From contig NMRA01000589.1 of assembly GCA_002633005.1 (NCBI GenBank), positions 172,642 through 236,641 on the forward strand: DNA of 64,000 nucleotides, given 5' to 3'. Position numbers and translations under genes: made by a program. The notes beneath the pieces were generated by a model. It was not told the origin of the DNA, did not search any database, and saw nothing but the letters and a program-made list of their open reading frames with translations. Each line of letters begins with the position of its first letter. Within the stretch, counting starts at the first letter, position 1. This document shows positions 48,755 through 63,200 of this stretch, piece by piece. Source of the DNA: Phoronis australis (taxonomy: Eukaryota; Animalia; Phoronida).

Positions 48755-51700
48755 CTAAGCAAAACGAGTACTTTATCAAATTTCAGTACCATAATGTTGA
48801 TGGGGTCAAAAGTCTTGAAGTGGCGATGAGCTCAGTGTTCTTGTTTGTGTTTTTGAGGCAATTGTCGGTTTGTGTTTTGGGGCAATTGTCGGTTTTCCCC
48901 GAAAACCATCATAGTGTTTCGATGACAGCAGCGTTGCCATATGGCCTAGGAGCATCGGTACGTACAAATGTGACTATTGTTATTGAATATACCAAAAATT
49001 TAGCATGGATTTATTTACAAATCTCACTTACCGATTGGAAATGATAACGGGAAAAGAACGACTACGGCCGCGATATTCCCTCGGTGTTCTGATTTGAATT
49101 ATTCCAGTGCTGTTAAGTTTATCAGCATCGTACAAAATTAAACACCCTCCCCCAGTTACAGTACGCGTACACTCACCAGTTGGGTTTGCCAGGGTCGGTA
49201 GCAGATGTCTAAGACTCTTGGCGGACGCAGACGATAATAGAAGCAAACGTCAAATTGAAATTCCAGATTACACGCATTACTTTTGACTGGACGATTATAT
49301 ATAATTCATTTTTGCTATGAATGCTCGATTTTAATAAAAAACATGGTCACCCGATCCGATTAATATGAAATTGGTAAATAATCAAAACGCGAACTCTTCA
49401 AACTTTTGACATACAGAAAGTGCATAGGCTATTATTCAGAGGTAAAACATGTAGTATTGATAATTGACTAAATATGCAGAGTTGTCAGCTACACTCAATA
49501 AAAATTTAAAATGCCATGAATACTCAAATATTTAACTATTCATAGAATAAACTATTAAAGCATTGAAAAATGTTGGGGTTGACACAGGTCAGTACTGAAG
49601 AAATAAGAAAATCGATGAACAGAAAATGGAAATTCGGCCCAAAGATCACATTCCCTACAAAGAAATATCCAGGAAATTGTGAGATGTTCACTGGAATATG
49701 GCAAGAAAGAGTGTTATTTGTTTCGTCTATTTTTACACATAGTGCTACGTACCTGACGCGATACATGCTCGATTCTTTAACGGTACCCATTGTTCTACTG
49801 AAAATCACAATTACAATGCGTAAGGAGACATCCAGACTAAGTCTTTGACACGTCATTCATCTCAAAAACGTATTTTATTCGACGTCGTTTTCATACGTTT
49901 AATTTATTTTAATTATGAATCCATCATTATCACAATATGTTCTCTTCGTTAACATTGATCAACGTTGAATTTCTTAAATAACGGATACAACCTTTCTGCT
50001 TTTCGGTAATGAAATACAAAAGAAATATAAACAGATGCCTTATCGTCATGACTTCGGTTGAAAAAAATGTTTTCGGTAACAAACAGGATGTTACATTACG
50101 ATAGTTGTGACATGGCTGCGATCGTTCCAGCATATAGTGATGCTAACTAGAGAGTGTCAGAGCAAGACAGATAAACATGTAACGGGAACATTACCATAGT
50201 GTTTTTCTACACCATGGCGTTCAGTCTTTATAATGAATAATTTGATTCAAGGATTTCTCATGAATTCACCCTCTAATTTATTGATAACACATCAAAATAG
50301 AACGTGGTCACGAGAGATGCATATCCTGACATACGGGACTGTCCACTGTTTTCCTAACACGGACTTGTGCACTCTCTCATTAGCAACGTGTTTTCCTATA
50401 ATGTTTCTATCAATTCTAAACAGATTTCCATACTTCGAAGCATTATATGAACACCGATGGCATTTTCAATAGCGCAAAACTTGAATACGGTTGAAATGGG
50501 GTTAATGCATTTTTTGTTGAAAACAATTATTTCAAAACATTCAACATATATCTCTTTATAGCTACGTCAAACGCATTGGCTTACCTCTTGCAGATTGCAA
50601 GAATTTCTCTTGAACGACAGGATGCTCTACAAAGGTTGCCATATGTTGCGATCCTGGAAACAATAAAAAATACCGTAGATAAATTGAAACGGAAAGAACA
50701 CAGCATATATACCATCTCCATACCCGTGAAACTGCGACTTCGCGAGAAGACAAAACACTGGCATAAAATTATCGGGTTTTTTAAAAATATACTGATTGTT
50801 TTAATAGAACAATCAATACAAATTCTGTAACCCCTCCCCTCCTTAGTTAGATAAACTAGGTGAAGTGCAGCCCAAGGGGTGAATGTAATAAATTTCAGCT
50901 TAAATTATTATCAATAAAAGTGCAATTACTTGCCCTCCCATTTAACAACGCCGTTCTCCTGCCACATCAGTACAACGCTTGGTTGATCCTCATCTGTGCA
51001 CAAACTCATCCACTTCGTTTTCTACAGCGAATGTAAATTAGCACATCTTCATTCAACGAAGATAGATGATTCTTGTTTCATAATTGCCCTTTTGCAAGTT
51101 TATATCAATAATGCGAGATTATGTGAGACTTATCTGCGAGAGCGCTAAAATTCCTTTCCGGTTGAGTGTCAATTCATAACATTATATTTTCTAAAATTAC
51201 TGAGGGAACGGGACACCCGTTCATGTCGTTCACAGTACTGCGCCATTCTAGTAGTCGCACGACCGTTCTTTTTGTAGAAAAATGTCGTGTTTAAAAGTTA
51301 AATTGCTTTCGAGAAAGTCCTTATACCAGCATGAACCACATTCCGATTTTAAAACTTACATAAAAAGCTCAAATCTGTCTGGAATTTCCCGTAGTTAGTG
51401 TCATTGTTTTTAAAGGTTGGTATTCATGTAGAGTTTAAGGCCATAGTCGCGAAGTACAATTACAGCAAACGAAATTAAAATTATACAGAGGCACAAACAG
51501 TTCTTTGCGTAATACTGATCTCTTACAACGTTAATGGTAAGCGTCACTGAATTAAGCAATAATCCGCAAGATGATTTGTATATCTCTTACATCGTAGCTT
51601 TAAAATTTGAACACGTACTTAATAAATTTAAATTAACGTTATGAGAAAGAAGAGGTAAGGACCACCAATCACTTAACACTGCATAATTTGAACAGGTAGA

Positions 51701-51996
51701 TCCTGAAGAGGGGACATGTAATCATAATAAGTGAATGCCGTACTTCTAAGTCGTTTTCACAAGGAAATAGTATTAATCTGACCTTATGTCTTGCTTGCTG
51801 TAATTGGTTTCTATTTCTTCTCTTCACACTGTCCCTTGTTGGCATCTTTGTTCTCGTTCACTACTACTTGTGATATGTGGTGTATCTTTTGTGGACTGTG
51901 AGCCAGTGTGTGTTTCGTAATAATGACTTATCTCGTCATGCCCATTAACCGCTAATTTGCTTATTTCCTCTTCTGTTGTTTGAAATGACCAGTACG

Positions 51997-52145
51997 CATG
52001 GGCGGCGCACGGCACTGAAAAAAAGGGGGGGGCTAAAGTCCACTCAGACCCCGTGGATTGTCGCCTGTAGACCATGTGCGGGGTACCACTAAAACAGTGG
52101 GGGCTACAGCCCCCCCCCCCAGCCCCCTATGGTGCGCCGTCCATG
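51997..52145. mobile_element. MITE with 14-bp TIR and 5-bp TSD; related fragments at ~17630-17765
   Basis: CATGGGCGGCGCAC / GTGCGCCGTCCATG, flanked by GTACG on both sides. Confidence 0.75.
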
Positions 52146-53458
52146 GTACGTAACCCAGTTTAGTTCTTCCTGGTAGATCAAAGTACTCGTTACTCATATG
52201 TTTAAGATACTTTTGCAAATTAAATTTCGTAATTAGTAATTATGTATTAAATGATGTTTTAAATACTTTACATAATCATGCAGTTCTGTAAATGTATATG
52301 GATAGTAAGCCTTAGGTTATTGCAATTAGCATAAGAACTTTCCAATAGTTATGTTTTTGTTATGTATTGTTATTTCTCTATATTTGAGTTTGAATGGTCC
52401 CCTTTCGTTTCTATATGTTGTCTAGCTCCTGCCTAAGTGGCTTCAGTTGTACTTTGTTTGAATTGCACAGTCAAGTAACTTAGGTTAGTTTCAAACATTA
52501 TACATTTTATGTTTTCTTCAATGTTTTTTCACACACTCACAGACACGCGCGCACACATACACGCAGATACATATATGCATGAATTTCGACAGATTTACCT
52601 CGACTGGACTTAGAGTGTATAACTATTATTTATAACCTAGCCTGTTTTTCCTGAGATGTATTTGTTCAATTGTACTACAAATAATCTCATACATCCTTGC
52701 GCATAATCTCTGGGACACCAACAACCAAAACAACAACTAACGCTATTAATTTACGGGTGAATGTGCTGGGAACGTGTTAATCGCTGCACTTGAATTGCTT
52801 CAAATATTGCTTCAAATATGAATGATTACATTCCTCCTTGCGAAATTTATGTGTTTCATATTAACTATAAAGTCAATGAACATGGTGCCACAGCCCAATT
52901 CTGTATATGAGGTGGGTGTTCATTCACTGTCAATCATCCCAAGTCTACCTGAGACCATATTTACAATAATTGGTTGATGGTTTATCGGCAAATATTTGTT
53001 TACAGAAAGTTGATAAGCGTGAAGTAAAAAGTCATCACACAATACGCTAGGTTTGGCGAGCTTAATCAGAATTCGTAAACTGATAATCATGGAAATCAGT
53101 TGCACATAGCAACAGTGACAAGGAGATATTACGTAGCAGGAACATGTACGTCATTTATTCAACATTTGTACCATATTTAGATTATGAAACAAATACAGGA
53201 GACCTGCCACACCATTCCAACTTGGGTTAACTTCGTTCATGAGGACAATGAATGACAAGTATCAATTAAGGATATAGTGGTAACTTCTGTGCAGTTAATG
53301 AAATGTATTAGCTGTTAACCGAAATTTATTGCCTCCTATGAGTGCATAGGAAATGGATCGGCATAAACGTCTTTGACCAGGCTTATGTAACATTACATTA
53401 ATCGGAGCTAGTTAAGAGCGAGTCATATTCCAGACAACAACAAGAATCTTTGTATTCA

Positions 53459-54735
53459 CCAGAAATAACTTAAATGTTGTAAAACCCCGTAATTACCATA
53501 TTTGGCGATAGCTTGGATTCATACCTGAGTACTACGAGAGAGACAGCCAGTTTGATAGATATGCTTGAAGATATTCTACTGGTTTGCTCAGAAATCCCTG
53601 AAACATGTCGTTTAACGAGATAATGGATGCAAGTAAAGACGAGCAGTCAGCAGTACGTTTTTTACAACAGTGGCACGATATAGGTTATAGTGAAAACGCA
53701 CATTTTTAAATGTGTCGATTATTGAGGGTGAAATCGACACATTTCGTTTCGTGACGAAAACCCGCGGAAACTTCCTAATCATGCCCGGAGTAACAAAAGT
53801 CCGCAAACCTCATACTGCACCACATATCAGTAATGTATCCGACGCCGTGAAGAAAAGCAGGACGTAGACTTTAGATACATGTATACTTGGCGTGCCGCCA
53901 GGAATATTTTTGTTAATTGTAGTGATAAATTGTGTTAACGAACTCTATATTATTGTCTTTGGTAAATACACTATACACTATATTATCGTAAATGCTCTAT
54001 ATTATTGTCTATTTTAGCCAATATAATTCTTAAACATTTATCGGGTCTAATTTTCTCAGAACAATTCATGCTCGCACCCAGCCTTCAATATGGCTTAATA
54101 TTGAATTGCCCACGTTGTGGACCTTTCAAAAACAAAAGAGCGGCGGACTAAAAAAAGTATTAGAAGAGGGAGCACCACTGTGAATTGCACATTTGCGCTT
54201 ATTTAATGGAGTTTTGTGAGCATGCAATTTGCCTAGCACATACATTTAATGGCCGTGATCCACCTTGTTTTCGAAACAGTGTTATTCTTAATTAAAATAT
54301 AAGCATTGTTGTGCTTCCATTAATGTATAATTCAATTTTAGAAATGTTGGAATTTTTTTAACATTATATCACAATTAGTTTTCCTGTATATTTTTCTGAA
54401 TTCAGCTTTAATTTAAATGATTTAAAAGTAGAAACCATATGTTTTCAAAGAATGTTTCTAAGTCATTTAAAAGCAAATTGAAACCGTTCAAATTCAAGTA
54501 GTTGTACGATAGCCACCCCTACGTTGGAATAATTTGAGGAGTGGCTGTTTTAATAAGGTATAGGTGTCATTTTGAAGTGTAAACGGTCAGTTTTGCGAGT
54601 GTCCACCTGTGCGATGAAAACCAGACCACTTCCGCTACGATGGTCCTATAAAACGAGTCCTAGGAAGCGTTCGGCTGCTTGTTGTCATTCATTTGAAATG
54701 CAATTACCACTTTATCATGTTGAATAAGAGTAAGA
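53459..54735 (+). repeat. First copy of a duplicated segment (second copy ~56402-58328), lacking the transposase core
   Basis: 53459-53663 matches 56402-56602, and 53812-54735 matches 57420-58328. Confidence 0.85.
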
Positions 54736-56395
54736 AATGCAATTACCACTTTATCATGTTGAATAAGAGTAAGAAATGCAATTACCACTTGATCATGTTG
54801 AATAAGAGTAAGAAATGCAATTACCACTTGATCATGTTGAATAAGAGTAAGAAATGCAATTACCACTTGATCATGTTGAATAAGAGTAAGAAATGCAATT
54901 ACCACTTGATCATGTTGAATAAGAGTAAGAAATGCAATTACCACTTGATCATGTTGAATAAGAGTAAGAAATGCAATTACCACTTGATCATGTTGAATAA
55001 GAGTAAGAAATGCAATTACCACTTGATCATGTTGAATAAGAGTAAGAAATGCAATTACCACTTGATCATGTTGAATAAGAGTAAGAAATGCAATTACCAC
55101 TTGATCATGTTGAATAAGAGTAAGAAATGCAATTACCACTTGATCATGTTGAATAAGAGTAAGAAATGCAATTACCACTTGATCATGTTGAATAAGAGTA
55201 AGAAATGCAATTACCACTTGATCATGTTGAATAAGAGTAAGAAATGCAATTACCACTTGATCATGTTGAATAAGAGTAAGAAATGCAATTACCACTTGAT
55301 CATGTTGAATAAGAGTAAGAAATGCAATTACCACTTGATCATGTTGAATAAGAGTAAGAAATGCAATTACCACTTGATCATGTTGAATAAGAGTAAGAAA
55401 TGCAATTACCACTTGATCATGTTGAATAAGAGTAAGAAATGCAATTACCACTTGATCATGTTGAATAAGAGTAAGAAATGCAATTACCACTTGATCATGT
55501 TGAATAAGAGTAAGAAATGCAATTACCACTTGATCATGTTGAATAAGAGTAAGAAATGCAATTACCACTTGATCATGTTGAATAAGAGTAAGAAATGCAA
55601 TTACCACTTGATCATGTTGAATAAGAGTAAGAAATGCAATTACCACTTGATCATGTTGAATAAGAGTAAGAAATGCAATTACCACTTGATCATGTTGAAT
55701 AAGAGTAAGAAATGCAATTACCACTTGATCATGTTGAATAAGAGTAAGAAATGCAATTACCACTTGATCATGTTGAATAAGAGTAAGAAATGCAATTACC
55801 ACTTGATCATGTTGAATAAGAGTAAGAAATGCAATTACCACTTGATCATGTTGAATAAGAGTAAGAAATGCAATTACCACTTGATCATGTTGAATAAGAG
55901 TAAGAAATGCAATTACCACTTGATCATGTTGAATAAGAGTAAGAAATGCAATTACCACTTGATCATGTTGAATAAGAGTAAGAAATGCAATTACCACTTG
56001 ATCATGTTGAATAAGAGTAAGAAATGCAATTACCACTTGATCATGTTGAATAAGAGTAAGAAATGCAATTACCACTTGATCATGTTGAATAAGAGTAAGA
56101 AATGCAATTACCACTTGATCATGTTGAATAAGAGTAAGAAATGCAATTACCACTTGATCATGTTGAATAAGAGTAAGAAATGCAATTACCACTTGATCAT
56201 GTTGAATAAGAGTAAGAAATGCAATTACCACTTGATCATGTTGAATAAGAGTAAGAAATGCAATTACCACTTGATCATGTTGAATAAGAGTAAGAAATGC
56301 AATTACCACTTGATCATGTTGAATAAGAGTAAGAAATGCAATTACCACTTGATCATGTTGAATAAGAGTAAGAAATGCAATTACCACTTGATCAT
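54696..56395. repeat. 39-bp tandem array, ~43 near-identical copies, ending at a single N
   Basis: Unit AAATGCAATTACCACTTGATCATGTTGAATAAGAGTAAG with no spacers. Confidence 0.97.
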
Positions 56396-56599
56396 NATTA
56401 ACCAGAAATTACATAAAGGTTGTAAAACCCCTTACCATATTTGGCGATAGCTCGGATTCATACCCGAGTCCTATGAGAGAGAGAGCCAGTTTGATAGATA
56501 TTCTTGAAGATATTCTACTGGTTTGCTCAGAAATCCCTGAAACATGTCGTTTAACGAGATAATGGATGCAAGTAAAGACGAGCAGTCACCAGTACGTTT

Positions 56600-57445
56600 T
56601 TTATGATTCCACGAAGTGATAAGAAGGCAGCAGCCAACCTGCGACAGACCTCACGGCCGCGTGATGACGGAAATTGCAAGGGGCCAGACATGGGTATGGC
56701 ATTGTCCCGACCATAAGGGGGCAACAAAGTCCATCAGGAAAGACTCATTTAATTCTAAGTCTAAATTTTCTCTGGCCATATTGATAAGACTGTGCTGGGC
56801 CTGGGCATACCCCCAAGCTCAGTTGATCAAACCGCAGACATGATGGGTGTCAACCCGCGTAAAGCAGTGATTCAATGGTGCAGCTACACGTACATGTGCG
56901 ATGTGTGTAGCTGGTGGCTACTTAATCATGCACCCAATGCCACAACTTGGCGGTCCGGGTGTGGTTGTCGAAATTGACGAAAGTGTCATGGCAAGAAGAA
57001 AATATCAGCGGGGACGTGTTGTACCGGAGCGGTGGGTCTTCGGGGCTTTCTGTCAAGAACAAGAAGTGGGGCGCTTGATGAATGTAGCTGACCGCCTCGC
57101 GCAAACCCTTTTACCTATAATCCAGGATTGGATTGCGCCTGGATCCATAATACAGAGCGACGAATTTGCAAGCTAAATAGAGGGATTGCCAATATACCGG
57201 TGAATCCGCCCTACATTCATTTAACTGTTAATTACTCGGTGAATTTCGTCAATCCTGTCAATGGCGCAACAACGAATAACGTGGAAAACTTTTGGAAAAA
57301 CGCTAAGAGACGACTAAAAGCTATGTCAGGTATGGGCGTTGAGCAATTGCCAAGCTATCTCGACGAGTTTATGTGGCGTGGGGAACACGGACAAACATCC
57401 AGTGGAGCTTTTTTCAATATACTGCACCACATATCAGTAATATGT
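56600..57445 (+). mobile_element. Merlin (IS1595/ISXO2-like DDE) transposase, frameshifted
   Basis: LGGPGVVVEIDES..RRKY.RGR....WVFG, TLLPII..WI.PGSII.SD, HLTVN.S.NFVNP..GA.TN.VE..W, LPSYLDEFMWR, split over two frames. Confidence 0.9.
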
Positions 57446-59024
57446 ATTCGACGCCGTGAAGAAAAGCAGATACGAGTATACTTGGCGTGCCTCCAGAAAT
57501 ATTTTTGTTAAATTGTAGTGATGAATTGTGTTAACGAACTCTATATTATTGTCTTTGGTAAATACGCTATACTCGCTATCGTAAATACTCTATGTTATTG
57601 TCTATTTTAGTCAATATAATTCTTAAACATTTATCGGGTCTAATTTTCTCAGAACAATTCATGCTCGCACCCAGCCTTCAATATGGCTTAATATTGAATT
57701 GCCCACGTTGTGGACCTTTCAATAACAAAAGAGCTGCGGACTAAAAAAAAGTATTAGAAGAGGGAGCACCACTGTGAATTGCACATTTGCGCTTATTTAA
57801 TGGAGTTTTGTGAGCATGCAATGTGCCTAGCACATACATTTAATGGCCGTGATCCACCTTGTTTTCGAAGCAGTGTTATTCTTAATTAAAATATATGGCG
57901 TTGTTGTGCTTCCATTAATGTATAATTCAATTTTAGAAGTGTTGGCATTTTTGTAACATTATATCACAATTAGTTTTCCTGTATATTTTTTCTGAATTCA
58001 GCTTTAATTTAAATGGTTTAAAAGTAGAAACCATATGTTTTCAAAGAATGTTTCTAAGTCATTTAAAAGCAAGTTGAAACCGTTCAAATTCAAGTAGTTG
58101 TACGATAGCCACCCCTACGTTGGAATAATTTGAGGAGTGGCTGTTTTAATAAGGTATAGGTGTCATTATGAAGTGTAAACGGTCAGTTTTGCAAGTGTCC
58201 ACCTGTGCGATGAAAACCAGACCACTTCCGCTGCGATGGTCCTATAAAACGAGTCCTAGAAAACGCTAGGCTGCTTGTAGTCATTCATTTGAAATGCAAT
58301 TACCGCTTTATCATGTTGAATAAGAGTAAAAAATCATGGTGTGATTGATGTTACTTATAAAATTAAAAATCTAGCGAAGAATTGTGTGTTTCAGTACTTG
58401 TTATAAAATGCATCTCTTGTCGGTGCACACAGAACACAAGAATTTCAATATGAAATTGGTGTTGTCCATGTGGAAATGTTGTAAAACGTAATGCGTAATA
58501 ACCAATTTAAAATATGAAATGCTCAGTTAGGTAAAGAATATGCCGATTATCGCCCATTTACGTAGAAAATGTGATATGTATAGGTATAGTTTAAATTCAC
58601 ACAAGCTGGCAAGTGTGACAAGCTTGCCACGTGGTCCGCGAGATAAACACCTGCCGTATTAGGTGGCCTCTACGGACTACCAGTCCTGCGTGGCGATGAG
58701 GTCCTCTGCCATCGTCCGAGCGGTAGGCCTAAAGCGCAACATGTTGTAGGAGGAAGACCTGCATCTAGCATCAGGTCGGGAAGGAATTAAAACAAACAGG
58801 TCCCAAAGGGCATTTGCCACGAACCTATTACCTGTCTCGGACTCGGTGACGGATTTAGTGGTAAGGGGCCCAGAGATCATGCCCCCCATAAAACTCTTTC
58901 ACATTCCATTTCGCAGTTCGAGGTTGCGAATGTCTGACGGGCAAAATCCTGATTAATACTCTTCCCTGACCCACCTAACTCAAAATCGTGGATCCGCTCT
59001 GGCTCAGGTGTAATTTTTGTTCTT

Positions 59025-59623
59025 TTAAAGGCGAAGACAACTTTTTTTCATGTCATTTTGAGCTAAAGTATGTTTGGTTGGTTATCCTAGACATATTTTC
59101 CACTTAATTACAGCTTTTCGTAATTTTGCTAATTGCTCGTCCGCTACTCCGGAAGTGACGTTTTAGGAGGCAAGCATTTCGCGCCAATTTCTTTTCATAT
59201 AGTCTGACTGTGAGAGCTGCCGAGTCAGTCATTGCTCTACCTCGGTTGTGTTAAGTTACGTCGTCGTTTCCGTTCATTTACTAGTCAGTCAACATGCCAC
59301 ACTGTTGCTGCGAACCGGGATGTACTAATTATCGTCTCACGCGCGCTTTGGGAGTACCTTAGCATAGCTTTCCGATGGATGACACACTTCGCCGTACTTG
59401 TCTCGTTCGTGTGAAGAACGCAGCGTTATCCGTCCACGCAACGTACAAAGCAGTCGAGAATTACCGTGTGTGTGGCAAGCACTTTCTGCCGTCCGATTAC
59501 GAAAGGGATTTGAACGCTGAACTGATGAGGGTCCCTGCGAAACAACGCCTGAAGAAGGATGCCATTCCGTCTGTGTTGATTCCCGGCAGTGCCCCGTCGC
59601 CACCCCCGAGAAGTGCGTTTTTG
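59025..59623 (+). mobile_element. 5' end of a THAP-domain transposon (Kolobok-like), inactivated and truncated by the gap
   Basis: TTAA|AGG terminus; from ATG 59294 MPHCCCEPGCTN...*HSFP...VCGKHF...RLKKDAIPS, a THAP zinc finger with an in-frame stop and loss of the conserved Trp. Confidence 0.75.
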
Positions 59624-60216
59624 NNNNNNNNNNNNNNNNNNNNNNNNNNNNNNNNNNNNNNNNNNNNNNNNNNNNNNNNNNNNNNNNNNNNNNNNNNNNN
59701 NNNNNNNNNNNNNNNNNNNNNNNNNNNNNNNNNNNNNNNNNNNNNNNNNNNNNNNNNNNNNNNNNNNNNNNNNNNNNNNNNNNNNNNNNNNNNNNNNNNN
59801 NNNNNNNNNNNNNNNNNNNNNNNNNNNNNNNNNNNNNNNNNNNNNNNNNNNNNNNNNNNNNNNNNNNNNNNNNNNNNNNNNNNNNNNNNNNNNNNNNNNN
59901 NNNNNNNNNNNNNNNNNNNNNNNNNNNNNNNNNNNNNNNNNNNNNNNNNNNNNNNNNNNNNNNNNNNNNNNNNNNNNNNNNNNNNNNNNNNNNNNNNNNN
60001 NNNNNNNNNNNNNNNNNNNNNNNNNNNNNNNNNNNNNNNNNNNNNNNNNNNNNNNNNNNNNNNNNNNNNNNNNNNNNNNNNNNNNNNNNNNNNNNNNNNN
60101 NNNNNNNNNNNNNNNNNNNNNNNNNNNNNNNNNNNNNNNNNNNNNNNNNNNNNNNNNNNNNNNNNNNNNNNNNNNNNNNNNNNNNNNNNNNNNNNNNNNN
60201 NNNNNNNNNNNNNNNN
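59624..60216. other. Assembly gap (N run)
   Basis: Run of N seen directly. Confidence 1.
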
Positions 60217-63200
60217 CGCGTGTAATTAAGTAAACAGTAAATGCTATAACCGTTTATGACCGGAGTTTGCTTAATAAGTAACTATTTTTCTCGTGCCCAA
60301 CTCCAGAGATGATTGTTAAGAATATCTGTCAATCTTACAGTGTTCGAGCTTCAGCAAATAAAGGTGCTGGACCCGCGGGCCAGTTACTTGTATATGAGAC
60401 CACATGCACATAGGCCGGGAGCAAATTCAACGGCCTTGGGCCACCGGGCCAGCGTGTATTTCAAACATTAATTGATATCTTACCGGTAACAGACAGTTGC
60501 GATGAGTTGTAGTTTTCATATGGGATAAACTATCAACTGCACTAGCGCCCCCATTTGCAAAGCGTATGCATTCACCGTTTAAATCCCAACGGATTCCCTC
60601 ATAGTTTAAATGGTGCATGTCCAACTCACAATACATCCTCATCAGGGCTTGACCAAATGAGTTTACATAATCTTTGCTGTTTGTACTTGAACTAAAGGCG
60701 TCATATCTATATCAATTGTATACGTTTTGATTTATCGTATATCACGAAGTCACTACTAGGTTAAGTTACACAAACTGGCAATCGAGTCGCAATATACATA
60801 TAATATATTCAATTTTAAATTATTTTTCAAACAATTACTTATTACCATGATTGTACCCATATGTTTAATTAATTAACCTGGTGATACACTAGTGATCTGT
60901 TCAGTGTCTTTGGCCCAAGTCTCCACCACTCCAATAACATCCTGTTAACTTAGTCAAAAGTTTCTTACAAATTATTTTCTTTTTTTAAAGTCCATGTGCG
61001 TTCCATGTCGCCAAATAGAGACCTTAACATAATTCCTATCCAAGGTCTTTTGCCGTTGTTCCACTATTTTCTTTAAACCTCAAAAGCCAGTGGTCCAGAC
61101 CTTGCAAAAGTGTGTCCTTCCTGCAGGACTGGTTCTCAAGATCATCTACTTAGCTTTCCGTTCCAGCGATTTAACTGGTCTTGGATCTTCATTTTCTGAC
61201 CTACTTAGTGACTCCTCCAGATGTCGCCCCACCTTGAGCATTTCATTTTCTATTTTTTTCGAACCTGGAATTAATACTTTGTATTATGACGGATAACTTT
61301 TTTGGTCCCGACGTACAATTTTTTACCAGACGACCACGTACTTTAATTGACTCAGAGAGACTAGTAGAGGCTTTAATTTTTTGTCGGTACCGACCCGATG
61401 CGATTTTGCTCAAGTCTCAGATCGCTTGTGGTCGAGCGGACATTTTTCCTCCAAACGACCACGCGCTTTAAGGGCCTTGGAGAAGGCGTGGTCCCGACGG
61501 ATAATTTTTGACCATTTTAAGGGCCATGGAGAAGGCGTGGTTCCAACGTACAATTTTTCCCAGACGACCACGTACTTTAAATAAGCTAGTTAGGAGGTAT
61601 ATAAGGATCATTACTATCCACAACAGCGGATTCTTCTTAATTTGAATTACCTCTGCAAAGGTGTGCAGTGCTGGCGGATAACATTGCCAAGAAAAAATAC
61701 TGTGATTGTTCCTAATTTACATGTACACGACGTAGTTGTCATCCGCAGGTGGCGCAATAATACAATCACATTCAAACATGGCGTCTCCGCAAGTTCATCG
61801 AGTTCGAAAAATTTTTTGATATTGCGACTGCATGTTGGAAGTTGGGAGAAGTATAACACTGCAAGATAGAAAAGAATAGTCATTTCATATCTTCGACCCA
61901 CATATGTGAGTATTTATAATCGAAAAAAGAAATACGTTGGGTGCCGTATTTGACACCATTGCCAAGGTTTGTACTCGTATAATACAGGAAAACAAGTGCA
62001 ACAGTTAGTGGCGTACCTGATCAAAGCCCAAAATTTCTTTTTCCATATAGTTTGATCATAGACTATTGGATCAAATGAAATTTTCGGATGTAATAACGTC
62101 CTTTGTCAACAGAAACAGAAATAAAGTAAAATTAAACACTATTTCACGCGAGACGCAAATCGCATCGCGAATTCGCGACAGCTGACTTGTTCTGAGCTCT
62201 CGTGAGCGTTTTTCTGGTTTTGCTTTTTAGTTAGGAAGTTGTGCTATCGGAGTTCAGTCTAATAAACCATTTCTAAACTGTTTTATATGAAGTTGTAACT
62301 GACTTAGCGAACAGGACCGTAACATGACAGTGACGGATTTATGGGGGGTTCAGGGGTTTAACCCCCTCTCTTGGGCCAGGACCCAAAATAAAAAAATCGT
62401 CTCCAGCAAAACAAAAACAGCACCACCATCGTGTGTAAACCCCAAATAAACTAACTTGGAAAAAATTGAGGAGGGTTCACTCTAAAAATATAAATTTTGC
62501 ATTGTGAATTGCTGTTATGAAAATCAACGCATTTCGAGTTTTCGTGGCTCATCGGCAAAAAGCGCGGAGATCAATTGTGCGCGCTTCCGTCGACACTTCT
62601 GAAGTAGCCAAGCATTTTAGATGGATCCAACGCTGAAAGAGCAGTTCTATAGCTGATTTCTTTAGGTAACTAGCTTCTTTACTCTAAGAAATGTTTTGAT
62701 TTGATTAGGGAAAATACTATGGTGCCGCAACCTTGATATTCAGGCGAATTGACGTGCAACGTTTTTACCTCATCTGTCTTGCCGTGTCATGCTATTACAC
62801 TCCACACGTTTGTAACTCAAATTTGACTGGTGTATAGTAAAGTTGTCTTGCGCAATATCATACAGTGTACATGTCCATGTAATATTTTTGAAAAAAAAAA
62901 TCGTTCTCAGCAGAATTTGCTGTTGTCAGGCGGGCGCCGTGGTCTGGTCGCGAGTCCGTTTGAAGATGCACTCTAATAAGTTATGTCTATACAAAGAATG
63001 ACCAAGGGGAACTCACTTTGACAAAGTGACCGCATTCACGAACAGTGTACAGTACCAGAAATTGCGGGGAGGCTGTACTGTCACAGCAAAGTTTTGAGGG
63101 ACTCGTGCGATGTTCAATAGGCCTCCTAAGGAGCCCTAGTTGCGACTTCAGCACTAAACCTACCGTCGTTCTACCTGCAATAAGCACCACAGCCGGACGG

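Noticed and set aside
54660-56450. 575-aa and 585-aa ORFs, or a CRISPR-like array
   Set aside because: They are translations of a stop-free 39-bp tandem unit; there are no spacers and no cas genes.
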